This document shows positions 20,163 to 29,369 of a stretch of 64,000 bases of DNA, in pieces. The DNA comes from a virus. Location: the IMG/VR virus record IMGVR_UViG_3300015264_000002, positions 1,210 through 65,209 of that record; one strand, written 5' to 3'. The position numbers and the translations under genes were made by a program. Within the stretch, counting starts at the first letter, position 1. The number at the start of each line of letters is the position of its first letter. The notes beneath the pieces are model-generated. The model worked only from the letters and a program-made list of their open reading frames with translations, was not told the DNA's origin and made no database searches.

Positions 20163-21260
20163 ATGCGGGCCGCGCGCAACGGGGTGCTCGACACCACGGC
20201 CGCGCTCGACGCCTTCCTGCAGGCGGCGACGACGACCGAGTGGGTCATGGTCGACCTGTACCGGGTCGAGCTGGTCAACCTCGGCGCCGGGCTGTTCCCG
20301 GTCACCGACAGCGCGCGCGGTCTGGTGCTGCTGTGGGCCGACTATCCGTACGCCGTCCCGTTCGAGGGGCTGACCTACCTGGGCGGCCTGCCGATCGCCG
20401 GGCAGCCCGCCAGCTTCGTCACCGACAGCCATGGCCGGATCGCCGGGGGTCCGCGGATCACGCGCGGCGATCGCAAGGAGGGGATCGGCGTCGACGTCGC
20501 CACGCTTGAGCTCACGATCCACCTGGACGGCACCGAGGAGCTGCCGCCTGCTGACGGGCTCGACGCCACCCCGCGGATCGGGCTGGCCGAGGCGATCGCC
20601 ATGGGGCTGTTTGAGGGCGCCTACGTCAGCGTGCGGCGGTTGCACATGCCCGACCACCCGGTATGGCCGCTGACGCCCGACTCGTTCGACCTCCACCTGG
20701 GCGCTGTCGATCTGTTCACTGGCCAGGTGATCGACAGCAAGGTGTCGCAGACGGTCGCCACGCTGGCGGTGCACAGCCACACGGAGCGGCACAGCCTCGG
20801 GCTGCCGCGCAACCTGGTGCAGCCACAGTGCCCCAACACGCTGTACGACCCCATGTGCGGCGCGTCGCGTACCGGCGTGCAGCCCGTGTTCCTGATCCCG
20901 TTCCAGGCCGTTGGCACGATCGCCGCCGTGACCGACCTCGCCAACATCGTCGTGGACATTACGGGGGCCTTCGGACCGCCGCCCGATACCTGGTTTACCC
21001 TGGGCACGGCGCAGCTCACCGCCGGCGTGCTCGCCGGCTACGCCAGCACGATCCGCGCCCACCTCGACACGTACCCGACTGCCACGCTGCAGCTGCTGGG
21101 GCGGCTGCCGCGGTCGCCTGCGGTGGGCGACGCGATCGTGCTGCAGGCGGGGTGCAAGAAGGACGTGCCCGACTGCTTCCAGAAGTTCGGCCGCTTCCAG
21201 TCGGCCGTGCAGGGGTTCCGCGGCTTCGTAGACGTCCCCGCTCCGGACTCCGCGATATGA
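20163..21260 (+). CDS. Baseplate hub/tail tip protein (DUF2163/BR0599-like, Cys motif)
   Basis: PRNL.QP.C...LYD..CG and C-terminal GCKK...DC..KF.....FRGF..VP. Confidence 0.8.
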   Translation: MRAARNGVLDTTAALDAFLQAATTTEWVMVDLYRVELVNLGAGLFPVTDSARGLVLLWADYPYAVPFEGLTYLGGLPIAGQPASFVTDSHGRIAGGPRITRGDRKEGIGVDVATLELTIHLDGTEELPPADGLDATPRIGLAEAIAMGLFEGAYVSVRRLHMPDHPVWPLTPDSFDLHLGAVDLFTGQVIDSKVSQTVATLAVHSHTERHSLGLPRNLVQPQCPNTLYDPMCGASRTGVQPVFLIPFQAVGTIAAVTDLANIVVDITGAFGPPPDTWFTLGTAQLTAGVLAGYASTIRAHLDTYPTATLQLLGRLPRSPAVGDAIVLQAGCKKDVPDCFQKFGRFQSAVQGFRGFVDVPAPDSAI

Positions 21261-21787
21261 CGACGCTGCTGCCTGTGCCCCTGGCGCTGCAGGTGCGGGC
21301 GTTGGCCGCGGGCGCCACGCCCGCGCAGCTCCGGGTGATCGCAGAGGCCGCGACGTGGCTCGGCACGCCGTTCGTCCCCGAAGCAGCGAAGCGCGGCGTC
21401 GGCGTCGATTGCCTCATGCTGCCGATCCGTGTGTACGCGGCGACGGGCAACGGACCCGAGCTTGACCCGAGGCCGTACGGGAAGGGCTGGTACAGAGGTG
21501 CGGCCCGCTATCGCCGCACGCTGCGCCGCCATGCCACGCTCTGGACCGCGGACGCGCCGCCACCGCCGGCGGCGCTCGTCCTGTTCAAGCTGACGACCGC
21601 GACCGCCACGGACGGCGCGCACGGCGGGATCGTCGTCGCCTGGCCGGTGATCATCCATGCCCACCCCGGCTTCGGCGTGATCGTCAGCCGCGCCGACGAC
21701 GACGACCTGCGCGGGGACTTCCGCGAGGCGTGGGTGCCGCACGGGCTCGCGCCGGCGGCGACTATAGTAGGCGGGGAGGCCCACTAA
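21257..21787 (+). CDS. NlpC/P60 tail-associated peptidase
   Basis: A..WLGTPF......GVGVDC and AHGGI..W..IIHA; ATGA overlap. Confidence 0.85.
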   Translation: MTTLLPVPLALQVRALAAGATPAQLRVIAEAATWLGTPFVPEAAKRGVGVDCLMLPIRVYAATGNGPELDPRPYGKGWYRGAARYRRTLRRHATLWTADAPPPPAALVLFKLTTATATDGAHGGIVVAWPVIIHAHPGFGVIVSRADDDDLRGDFREAWVPHGLAPAATIVGGEAH

Positions 21788-21788
21788 C

Positions 21789-24029
21789 GTGGGCATGAAG
21801 GGCGGGAAGCCGCCGTCGGCGGCGCAGCCCCAGGCGATCAAGTCGCTGCGCCTGCAGTCGTCCAGCTGGGGGCAGGCGATCCCGCTGGCGTACGGCGAGA
21901 ACCGCCTGGCCGGCAACATCATCTTTACCGGCTACTTCCTGGCGATCGCGCAGCCGTCGGGGTTGCCGTCGGGTGGCAAGATCGGTGGCCGCCAGGCGTT
22001 CGTCACCTACGTGTACACGGTCAGCTGGATCATGGTGCTGAGCGAGGGGCCGCTGGACGCCGGGACGTTCCCCGCCGACATTGGTGGCCCGCTGGTCCCG
22101 GCGTCGGGGGTCGAGCGGTTCAACATCGGGCTTGCCCGTCCCGGGAACCAGGTGATCTCCGTTGACGGCAGCGGGGCGCAGCACAAGCAGCCCGTCGCGG
22201 GCGTCGACCCGGGGGCGTGGAAGGCCAAGCGGGTGCGGCCGGTCGGCAAGGCCGTCCACGGCTTCGCCAACCCCGTGAAGCTCCACGACTGGACCGGCAC
22301 GCGCGTCTATATCCGCCCCGCGGGAACGGCCGTCACGCCGTACGCCATGGCCGACGCCTTCAAAAACCACGTCAACCACGGCGTCCCGCAGCCGCAGCAC
22401 ACCACGTACGTGTCCGACCACGGGGAGAATTACGAAGGGTACGCCACGATCACGGAGCAGAACGAGGACCTGGGCAGCAACGCGTCGATCCCCAACTGGA
22501 ACTGGCCCGAGCGGTCGCTGTGCCAGTACCGCGACGTGTACGGGGCCGCGGCCGACGGGATCGGCAGCGACGGCGCGGGCAACATTTACGATGCCGACCC
22601 GGCGTGTATCAGCCGCGACCTGCACGCCAACTTGAAACACGGCGGCGGCTGGGAGCGGCCGCAGCTGCGCGCGTACCTGCCGGGCTGGCCCTATACGTGG
22701 GGGGCGGGCCTGGCGGCCGACGTGGTGCCGCCCGAGTCATGGTCGGCCTGGTGCCGTGCCGCCGACATTCTGATCAGCCCCATTTACGACGCCCAGCGCA
22801 AGCACGCGGACATCCTGACCGACCTGTGCGCGATCACCACCTGCGCGCCGGTGTGGACGCCCACCGGCTTGAAGGTGATCCCATACGCGCAGGACGCGAT
22901 CACGTCGACGCGGACGGGCGTGACCTACACGCCCAGCACCGACCGCCTGTACACCGGCCCCGGGGCATGCGTCGCCGTCCGGTACCACTTGAAGCCCGGC
23001 GACTTCCTGCCCGGCAAGGACCGCGACCCGGTGCAGGTCGAGCGGAAATCGGCGGTGCCCGATCACGGCACGGTCGGCCGCTACAACGACCTGCGGATCG
23101 AGTACGTGGACCGCCTCAACGCCTACGCGACGACCATCGCGCAGGTCAAGGACGAGGCGAGCATCGGCCAGGTCGGGCTGCTCAGCAAGGACCCCGACAC
23201 GTACCACGAGATTTGCGACGGCGCGCTGGCGACCGGCGTGGCGACACGCAACCTGGCGCGCCTGGTCACCGACCGCAACGTCTACCACTTCAGCCTGGGC
23301 TGGCGCTTCCACATGGCCGAGTGCATGGACGTGCTCGGGATCCCCGGCAGCGTGCTCGGCCTGGCCATCGACGAAATCCTGGTGCGCGTCACCAACATTG
23401 CCGAGGACAAGTCGGGCAAACTCGACTTCGACGCCGAGGAGTATGCGGTGATCGGGGCGGGGCCGCCGCCGACCGTGGTACCGCCGGCGGTCACGGCGGT
23501 GGGCGACGAGGGGCCGCACGTGATCTGTGGGGCGACGTCGCCCGGGACCATCCAGGACCCCGACAGCATCAACAATACGACGAAGAACTACGACCTGCAC
23601 GGGCTCAACACGGATGACGACCTGTCAGCGGGCGGCATCGCTATTAACGCATTCAGTCCCGGCGTGCCGGGCGCCGTCCCGCTAGTCGCCCCCACGGGGG
23701 TGCTGATCACCCGCTGGCGTATCCGTTTCATGGTGTCCGAGTTCGTGGCCGCTGGCTACATCCCCGGTGAGAACGCCCAATACAGTCTCCACCGCTTCCG
23801 CTTCACGGTGAACGGCGAATCGCGGCCAGAGTTTGAGGTGTTTTTCAACGACCGGCTGGGCGGTGCGATCAAGACTGTGGACGCGATCCTCTTCGTGCCG
23901 GCAGGTGCGCGCGTGGGGATTGAGGTCCGGTATTTTTACGAGAACGGCACCGCGATCCCGGATTTTACGGAGAATGCAAACATGATGGGGACCATCGCCA
24001 CATGGCAGATCGTCTGTGAGGCGGCCTAA
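21789..24029 (+). CDS. Central tail tip/host-specificity protein (GTA gp15/J-like, N-terminal and phage-tail_3 parts)
   Basis: Q.S.WGQAIPLAYG.NRL.GN+I...F; N...IEY.DR.N.Y....Q..D..SI...GL; alternative C-terminal domain. Confidence 0.8.
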   Translation: MGMKGGKPPSAAQPQAIKSLRLQSSSWGQAIPLAYGENRLAGNIIFTGYFLAIAQPSGLPSGGKIGGRQAFVTYVYTVSWIMVLSEGPLDAGTFPADIGGPLVPASGVERFNIGLARPGNQVISVDGSGAQHKQPVAGVDPGAWKAKRVRPVGKAVHGFANPVKLHDWTGTRVYIRPAGTAVTPYAMADAFKNHVNHGVPQPQHTTYVSDHGENYEGYATITEQNEDLGSNASIPNWNWPERSLCQYRDVYGAAADGIGSDGAGNIYDADPACISRDLHANLKHGGGWERPQLRAYLPGWPYTWGAGLAADVVPPESWSAWCRAADILISPIYDAQRKHADILTDLCAITTCAPVWTPTGLKVIPYAQDAITSTRTGVTYTPSTDRLYTGPGACVAVRYHLKPGDFLPGKDRDPVQVERKSAVPDHGTVGRYNDLRIEYVDRLNAYATTIAQVKDEASIGQVGLLSKDPDTYHEICDGALATGVATRNLARLVTDRNVYHFSLGWRFHMAECMDVLGIPGSVLGLAIDEILVRVTNIAEDKSGKLDFDAEEYAVIGAGPPPTVVPPAVTAVGDEGPHVICGATSPGTIQDPDSINNTTKNYDLHGLNTDDDLSAGGIAINAFSPGVPGAVPLVAPTGVLITRWRIRFMVSEFVAAGYIPGENAQYSLHRFRFTVNGESRPEFEVFFNDRLGGAIKTVDAILFVPAGARVGIEVRYFYENGTAIPDFTENANMMGTIATWQIVCEAA

Positions 24030-24032
24030 CGG

Positions 24033-24998
24033 GTGCTGCTCTTCCGCCCAGGCTTCGACCGTGTCGCCCCGCCCGGATACTATGGCGGCGCCGGCTTTGC
24101 GGACGACTTCGCTGCCATGATCGCAGGGGTGTACGCGGGCCATTTCCCCTTCGACGTCCTGATCAACGGGTACAGCGGGTATTACTATCCGCAGTTCGGC
24201 TCAGCGTCCACGTTCAACCTCCGGGTGGGTGGGATCGACGTGCCCGACTCTAGCCTGATCCTTGGGACGTCTGCGGGTAGTGGCGGCCTGGTCAGGCTCG
24301 CCAATCCCGCCCCGCTCCCTGGCGTCACGCCGGCGAACGTTGACGGCGCCTCGCTTATTGCCATCGTCACAACGGACCCCGGCAGCGGCATTTGCAACGC
24401 CGTCCTGGATTACACGGCCGCCAGTGCGGCGGACCTGGGTAAACAGGTCATGGGCATCGGACACAAGATCCTCGCTGACACCGGCAGCGTTGGGGCCTTC
24501 TCGGGCTTCTTCAGCGCCATCAGCAACTCGCAGCTGGTGTCGTCGATCGTGCAGGGCACTACCGGGAGCCCTATCAACACCCGGTCCATCTACTTCGGGC
24601 TCTCCTACGAGGACGTGTTTGGCGACCGCTCCCCGGGGACGCTTGAGGACGTGCGCGTGCTGGCAGCACAGTATTGGCCCCTCGCCGGCACCTTCTCCGA
24701 CTTCCTGCTCGTGATCCATAGCGTGGGGGGGGCTGACGGGCATTACCGCTTCGGGTTCCGGAAAAACGGCGTGACCGTGCTCACGCTCGAGTGCACTGCG
24801 AACGGGGATCGCGTTATCAGCCCCGTCGGCGCGACCACCGTGGACGTCAACGAGGGCGACCGCGTGTGCTGGCTGTGCGAGGCCGTCGACGGCGGCGCCG
24901 TCCAGCTAGATGCCGAACTCATCTGGGCGTTCCGGGCAGGCGAACAGTCGGTCGGGCCGGCCTTTGGTGATGCCGGCGTAGGGGGAGGGGGACTATGA
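24033..24998 (+). CDS. Putative receptor-binding/tail-associated protein
   Basis: C-terminal P.AGT.SD..V.......FRKNG....V.V.EGD.V beta-sandwich pattern; more A/T-ending codons. Confidence 0.55.
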   Translation: MLLFRPGFDRVAPPGYYGGAGFADDFAAMIAGVYAGHFPFDVLINGYSGYYYPQFGSASTFNLRVGGIDVPDSSLILGTSAGSGGLVRLANPAPLPGVTPANVDGASLIAIVTTDPGSGICNAVLDYTAASAADLGKQVMGIGHKILADTGSVGAFSGFFSAISNSQLVSSIVQGTTGSPINTRSIYFGLSYEDVFGDRSPGTLEDVRVLAAQYWPLAGTFSDFLLVIHSVGGADGHYRFGFRKNGVTVLTLECTANGDRVISPVGATTVDVNEGDRVCWLCEAVDGGAVQLDAELIWAFRAGEQSVGPAFGDAGVGGGGL

Positions 24999-25558
24999 GA
25001 CGACTCTTGATGGTGGTGGTGTTGCTGGCGTGCACCGCGCTTGCGCGGGCGCAGTGCGACCCGTTCGTGAGCCCGGGCACGACGCTCGGCTGCGGGCTCT
25101 ATCTCGCCAACTGCAACGAGTGTGCGTGCACGCAGATGCAGGGGAACATCAATCTCCTCTGCACGAGCATGGCGAAGTGGAACGCGAAACACGTCCACCG
25201 GCTCACGTGGTTCTTCTCGGGGACGCCCACAGCTGGCGTACAGGCCACCCGCGAGATCGTCCCCGACGGGCTCACCAACTGCGCGATCACCGCGAGCGAG
25301 ATCACCGCGAACACGACCGCCTCCAGCTCCTCGACGTGGAATATCCAGCGTTGTACGGCCAACTTCCCGAATCAATGCACGTCCACGGCCAACGTGGCGG
25401 GCAGTAACAATACGCTCGGGTCCAGCACGCAGACAGCCTTTGGCACGGTTACCACGAGCACGATCACGGCGGACGACATTTTCAAGATCAACCTCGTCAC
25501 GGTCGGCACCTCGCTGGCCAACGTGACCGTTGCCCTGACCTTTGCGTGCGACAACTGA
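24995..25558 (+). CDS. Signal-peptide Cys-rich protein
   Basis: MRRLLMVVVLLACTALARA-Q classic Sec signal; 8+ Cys. Confidence 0.7.
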   Translation: MRRLLMVVVLLACTALARAQCDPFVSPGTTLGCGLYLANCNECACTQMQGNINLLCTSMAKWNAKHVHRLTWFFSGTPTAGVQATREIVPDGLTNCAITASEITANTTASSSSTWNIQRCTANFPNQCTSTANVAGSNNTLGSSTQTAFGTVTTSTITADDIFKINLVTVGTSLANVTVALTFACDN

Positions 25559-25562
25559 CCGC

Positions 25563-25838
25563 ATGCCACGCCCCGCGCCGTACGGCCCGCCCCTCGTCTA
25601 TCCCCTGGCCCAGGCCGTGGCCGACGGTCATGCGCAGCCGTTCCCTACCTGGCAGGCCGCCCACCAGGGCCCGGGCCACGCGATCACCGCGACGGCCATG
25701 GACGTGACACCGGCGGTGTACCGTGGCGCTATGCTGCACGACTGTACCTGTGGCGCCCGCTATGCCGTGCTGGGGCCGCTGGTGGGGCTGCTGCGGGAGC
25801 GTCGGGCGGCGGCTCCGGGGCGTCGGGGCCCGTCGTGA
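25563..25838 (+). CDS. Hypothetical protein
   Basis: ATG 25563; coupled by GTGA overlap to next gene. Confidence 0.45.
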   Translation: MPRPAPYGPPLVYPLAQAVADGHAQPFPTWQAAHQGPGHAITATAMDVTPAVYRGAMLHDCTCGARYAVLGPLVGLLRERRAAAPGRRGPS

Positions 25839-26566
25839 TCGTCGGCGGCGGCTGCCAGGTCACCGACACGCCCGCGGGCGCGTGCCGGCCCCCGGTGATC
25901 TTCGAGCCGGCCGCGGGCCTGGCGGACGCGCCCGAGCTGTGGGTGGCGACGTCGGGGCCGCCCCACAGCTGGGGCGGCGTCCACGTGTTCTTCGGCCGCA
26001 CCGACGAGGACGACTACCAGCACGTGGGCACGATCGCGCGCGGGATCGTGCACGGCGTGCTGCTAGACCCGCTGCCGGGTCTCCGGGCCAGTGCCCGGCG
26101 CGAGCACGTGGGGATCACCGTGCAGGTCGCCGTGCACGACCGCGGGCAGCTGCTGTCGTGCACGCCGGCGCAGGCCCGCGGCGGCCGGTACCTGCTCTAC
26201 GTCGGCCGCGGGAACCAGTACGAGGTGCTGGCGTACACCGGCGCCGAGCTCGTCGATCTGAGCGGTGACGCGCACGTCTATGCCCTCAACGGGTACCTCT
26301 GGCGCGACGTGTACGGCACCTGGACGACGCCGGCCGGTGCCGTCCGGCCGCATGCCGCCGGCGCCGACGTCGTGCTGCTCGGCCCCCGCGTGCTGCACCT
26401 CGAGTACCCCCGGTGGCTGGTCGACCGGGTCGGCTATTTCAAGTTCGCCAACTTGAACCCGTTTGCCGAGGGCATGGCACCGCTGGCCGACGTGCCCGCG
26501 ATCCCCGTGCGGATCACGGGCCGGTACCTGCGCGACCGGCGCAGGTTTACGGGGCAAGTGGATTAG
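25835..26566 (+). CDS. Stand-alone C-terminal domain of GTA gp15 (Rcc01698-like) tail hub
   Basis: PVIFEP..L...ELWVA.SG...WGG.HV...D.Y..+G.I...G.L...L...YE...Y..A.L...Y.L...L.R..YGT....H.AGA...YFKF...NPF...LADV pattern. Confidence 0.7.
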   Translation: MIVGGGCQVTDTPAGACRPPVIFEPAAGLADAPELWVATSGPPHSWGGVHVFFGRTDEDDYQHVGTIARGIVHGVLLDPLPGLRASARREHVGITVQVAVHDRGQLLSCTPAQARGGRYLLYVGRGNQYEVLAYTGAELVDLSGDAHVYALNGYLWRDVYGTWTTPAGAVRPHAAGADVVLLGPRVLHLEYPRWLVDRVGYFKFANLNPFAEGMAPLADVPAIPVRITGRYLRDRRRFTGQVD

Positions 26567-26633
26567 CGTACACCGGGGCGCGGAACAGGTAAGGGGACAC
26601 CGCCGGGGCGCCCGGCGGTAGCTGGGGGGCGGT

Positions 26634-26870
26634 GTGGTGGGAGGACGGCGGCACCTGGTAGTAACCACGCGGCTGCTGCTCCTGGCCCTGATCGTCAGTG
26701 GCCCCGCCCTGGTGTGCGAGAATCGGGATGGTGGCCCGATCCGCTGCTTCCGGCTGTCACCGCACGCTCGTTACGACCTGGATAGGCTGCCGGTCTGGCC
26801 CCGCGGGCCAGCCCCCGCAGCCGCGACCCCGGCGAGCGCGCCCGTCCCCGGCGCTGAGGCGGGCCGGTAG
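26634..26870 (+). CDS. Small membrane/secreted protein
   Basis: Hydrophobic LLLLALIVSG segment; start uncertain. Confidence 0.35.
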   Translation: MVGGRRHLVVTTRLLLLALIVSGPALVCENRDGGPIRCFRLSPHARYDLDRLPVWPRGPAPAAATPASAPVPGAEAGR

Positions 26871-27241
26871 TGGACGCCAGCACGATCGCCGGCCTGGTCG
26901 TCAGCGGCGTGCTGACGGCGCTCCTCGTCGCCGTCCTCCGCAGCGGCACCGTGCGGGGGGCTGAGCAACGGGCGCAGCATGCGGAAAACAGCGGCCGGCT
27001 GCAGGAGAATAGCCAGCAGCTGCAAGCGATCGTCGACGACATCCGGGCGATCAACGGCCGCGTGCGGGCGACCGAGACGTCGGGCGCGGCGGACGTGACC
27101 GATCTGCGGGCGCACATTGAACTCGACCGCGAGGTACGGCGCCTGACGGAAGCGGCCGCGGTGCAGCTGCGCCAGGACGTCAACGACCTGCGCGCCGACG
27201 TGAAGGCGTTGCTGACGCGCGTCCGGGGGCGGCAGCAATGA
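26870..27241 (+). CDS. Membrane-anchored coiled-coil lysis protein (holin-associated or i-spanin-like)
   Basis: N-terminal TM helix, coiled coil, INGRVR motif; coupled to endolysin gene. Confidence 0.55.
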   Translation: MDASTIAGLVVSGVLTALLVAVLRSGTVRGAEQRAQHAENSGRLQENSQQLQAIVDDIRAINGRVRATETSGAADVTDLRAHIELDREVRRLTEAAAVQLRQDVNDLRADVKALLTRVRGRQQ

Positions 27242-27783
27242 CCCCCGCGGAGCAAGTCGTGTGCGATCGCGTGCTCGCCTGGCGTCCACTGGTCGCCGCC
27301 GTCGTGCCCAAGCTGGACGTGTGGCTGCTGCTCGGCCTGATCGCGCAGGAGTCGCAGGGCGATCCGTGGTGCTGGCGGTACGAGCCCGGCTTCTGGTCGA
27401 TCCACAAGCGGGCGATCCTGGCCGAGATCACGCAGGCCGGGCACGCCGCGTGGCTGCCGCACGGGCGGCTGACGCCCGAGGACTTCGACGCCGCCTGCGA
27501 TCGCCGCGCCGCCCTGCTGGCGGCCAGCTACGGACTGTGTCAGCTGCTGCTGTCGACGGCGCTCGAGCTGGGCGCGGCCGTCACGTACCCGGTGCAGCTG
27601 TGTGATCCGACGCTCAACCTGCAGCTGGGCGCGCGCAAGCTGACGGCGTGCTTCCGGCCGATCGGCACCGACACCGAGCCGATCGTGGCGGCGCTGCTGC
27701 GCTACAACGGCGGCGCCGACGCGACCTATCCGACGCACGTGCTCGCCTGGCGCGACCTACTGATCACGGCGGGGCGCACGTGA
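27238..27783 (+). CDS. Endolysin, lytic transglycosylase (SLT)
   Basis: LI.QES catalytic motif, SYGLCQL, DP..NL.LGA..L, YNGG. Confidence 0.9.
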   Translation: MTPAEQVVCDRVLAWRPLVAAVVPKLDVWLLLGLIAQESQGDPWCWRYEPGFWSIHKRAILAEITQAGHAAWLPHGRLTPEDFDAACDRRAALLAASYGLCQLLLSTALELGAAVTYPVQLCDPTLNLQLGARKLTACFRPIGTDTEPIVAALLRYNGGADATYPTHVLAWRDLLITAGRT

Positions 27784-28022
27784 GCACCGAGGTGGGCGTG
27801 ACGGAGACGGAGGAGGCGCTGGCCGTCAGCAATGAGTCGACGGACCTGCTCGCGCTCTTCACCTTCGTCAGCCACGCCGCTGCCCAGGTGGTGGCGGGCC
27901 ACCGGCTGGCGGCCGACAGCGGGACGCCGTACGACACGGCGCCGGGCGACGACCTGCTGGCGGACCTGGACGCCTACCGGCGCGCGCGCGCAGCGGGTAT
28001 CGCGCACCACGGGGCGGCCTGA
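27780..28022 (+). CDS. Hypothetical protein
   Basis: GTGA overlap with endolysin stop. Confidence 0.5.
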   Translation: MSTEVGVTETEEALAVSNESTDLLALFTFVSHAAAQVVAGHRLAADSGTPYDTAPGDDLLADLDAYRRARAAGIAHHGAA

Positions 28023-28164
28023 TGCGTGCAGTGGCGGTCGCCCTGGCGGTGCGGCGCTGGTGGCTACGGCTAGTACAGGGACGACGGGATCAGGGCACGC
28101 GCAGCGGCCGTCGCTGCGCCCAGCCGCGCTGGCGAGGCTGCAGCGCGCGAAGGAGGGGAGCGAC

Positions 28165-28449
28165 ATGAGCAAGGCAGCAGTGGTGGCGGTGTTGGTAGGT
28201 GCGCTCGCGCTCGCCGGCTGCGGGGTCACGGGCCCCAAGGTCCGGTTCGCCCCGTCGGGTGACGGCATCGCCCAGGCGCAAGGGCCGGGGGTCGACGGCA
28301 ACCTGTCGGACCCCGACGGCGTGGTGGTGGCCAGCGGGTCGTTCTATCTCAACCCCGCGGCCGCGGTGTCCCTGGTGCTGACCTACCTGGGCGACCTGCT
28401 CGACCTGGGGGGCGGCCGGAGTAACCCCGCGCCGACACCGGGCAAGTAG
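28165..28449 (+). CDS. Lipoprotein (spanin candidate)
   Basis: RBS AGGAGG; MSK + hydrophobic + LAGC lipobox. Confidence 0.7.
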   Translation: MSKAAVVAVLVGALALAGCGVTGPKVRFAPSGDGIAQAQGPGVDGNLSDPDGVVVASGSFYLNPAAAVSLVLTYLGDLLDLGGGRSNPAPTPGK

Positions 28450-28455
28450 GGCCGG

Positions 28456-28743
28456 GTGGCCGATCAGGACGTACCGCCAGGGGCCGCCGTGCCCCTGGCG
28501 GTCGAGGATCCGCGGTGCGGGTGCGAGCTGCAGTTGCGGCGCGAGCGCGCGCTGTCCGTGGCGCTGTGGCTGGCTATCGTCTGCGTCGGCGCGGTCGCCG
28601 TCTCCGCCATCTGGTCGTACCCCAAGTGGGAGGGCGGGGTGGTGCAGGCCGTCACGATCCTAGGCGCCGTGATCAGCGGCATCATGACCGGCAAGTACGC
28701 GGTCATGTCGCCCACGGGGAACGGGAACGGCAAGCCGCACTAG
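28456..28743 (+). CDS. Holin candidate (2 TM)
   Basis: Two hydrophobic helices, 95 aa, in lysis cassette. Confidence 0.55.
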   Translation: MADQDVPPGAAVPLAVEDPRCGCELQLRRERALSVALWLAIVCVGAVAVSAIWSYPKWEGGVVQAVTILGAVISGIMTGKYAVMSPTGNGNGKPH

Positions 28744-28756
28744 GCGGCCCACCACC

Positions 28757-29005
28757 ATGATCGTCGACCCGCCCGGCGCCCCGCGCCTGCCACCACCGCG
28801 ACCGTACGGGGCGACGGCGGCGGTGATCCGCGCGCTGCGCAAGGAGCTCGGGCTGACGCAGGAGCGGTTTGCCGGCGAGGCGGGCGTGACGGTGTCCACG
28901 ATCAACCGCTGGGAGGGCGGCCTCGCGCGGCCGAGTCAAGCCTGCCGGCTGCTGATCGACCTGGCCGCGGGACGGCACCACCTCCGCGTCGTCTGGCCCG
29001 TATGA
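28757..29005 (+). CDS. XRE/Cro-C1 HTH protein
   Basis: IRALRKELGLTQERFAGEAGVTVSTINRWEGG..RP. Confidence 0.85.
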   Translation: MIVDPPGAPRLPPPRPYGATAAVIRALRKELGLTQERFAGEAGVTVSTINRWEGGLARPSQACRLLIDLAAGRHHLRVVWPV

Positions 29006-29325
29006 GCTTCCTCGGCAGCCTGGTGGACGCGGTGGAGATCGGGGCGGCGCAGGCCCACGGGGTCGCCGCGGCCGTCGCGGCGCTGAAGGCCAGCGACGGC
29101 AATCCCCTGCTGGCGACCCGCGCCTACTGCACGGCGATCGGCCTGGGTGACGCGCCCGCGGCCGAGCTTGAGGCGGGGCTGCGGTGGGGGGTCGAGCGGC
29201 TGGCCACCGCCACGGCGATCGCCGCCGACGTCGTGCAGGTCGTCGGCAACCTCGGCTACCAGCTCGGCCACGTCAGGGCCGTGCTGCAGGGCTGGCTGGC
29301 CGAGGCGGCTAGTCCCCAGGCATAG
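29002..29325 (+). CDS. Hypothetical protein
   Basis: ATGA-coupled last ORF of + arm. Confidence 0.55.
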   Translation: MSFLGSLVDAVEIGAAQAHGVAAAVAALKASDGNPLLATRAYCTAIGLGDAPAAELEAGLRWGVERLATATAIAADVVQVVGNLGYQLGHVRAVLQGWLAEAASPQA

Positions 29326-29330
29326 GACTG

Positions 29331-29361
29331 CTAATAAAATAAGCGCCGCCCGGCCACGGCG
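29331..29361 (-). terminator. Intrinsic terminator for leftward arm
   Basis: Minus strand CGCCG-loop-CGGCG followed by CTTATTTTATTAG, at the junction of convergent arms. Confidence 0.55.
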
Positions 29362-29369
29362 GGACGTAA

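Noticed and set aside
4133-23600. Long antisense ORFs (e.g. 4133-6436, 6665-8173, 12621-14891, 21762-22640)
   Set aside because: Shadow frames of high-GC coding genes; Arg/Ala/Gly-rich with no motifs or RBS
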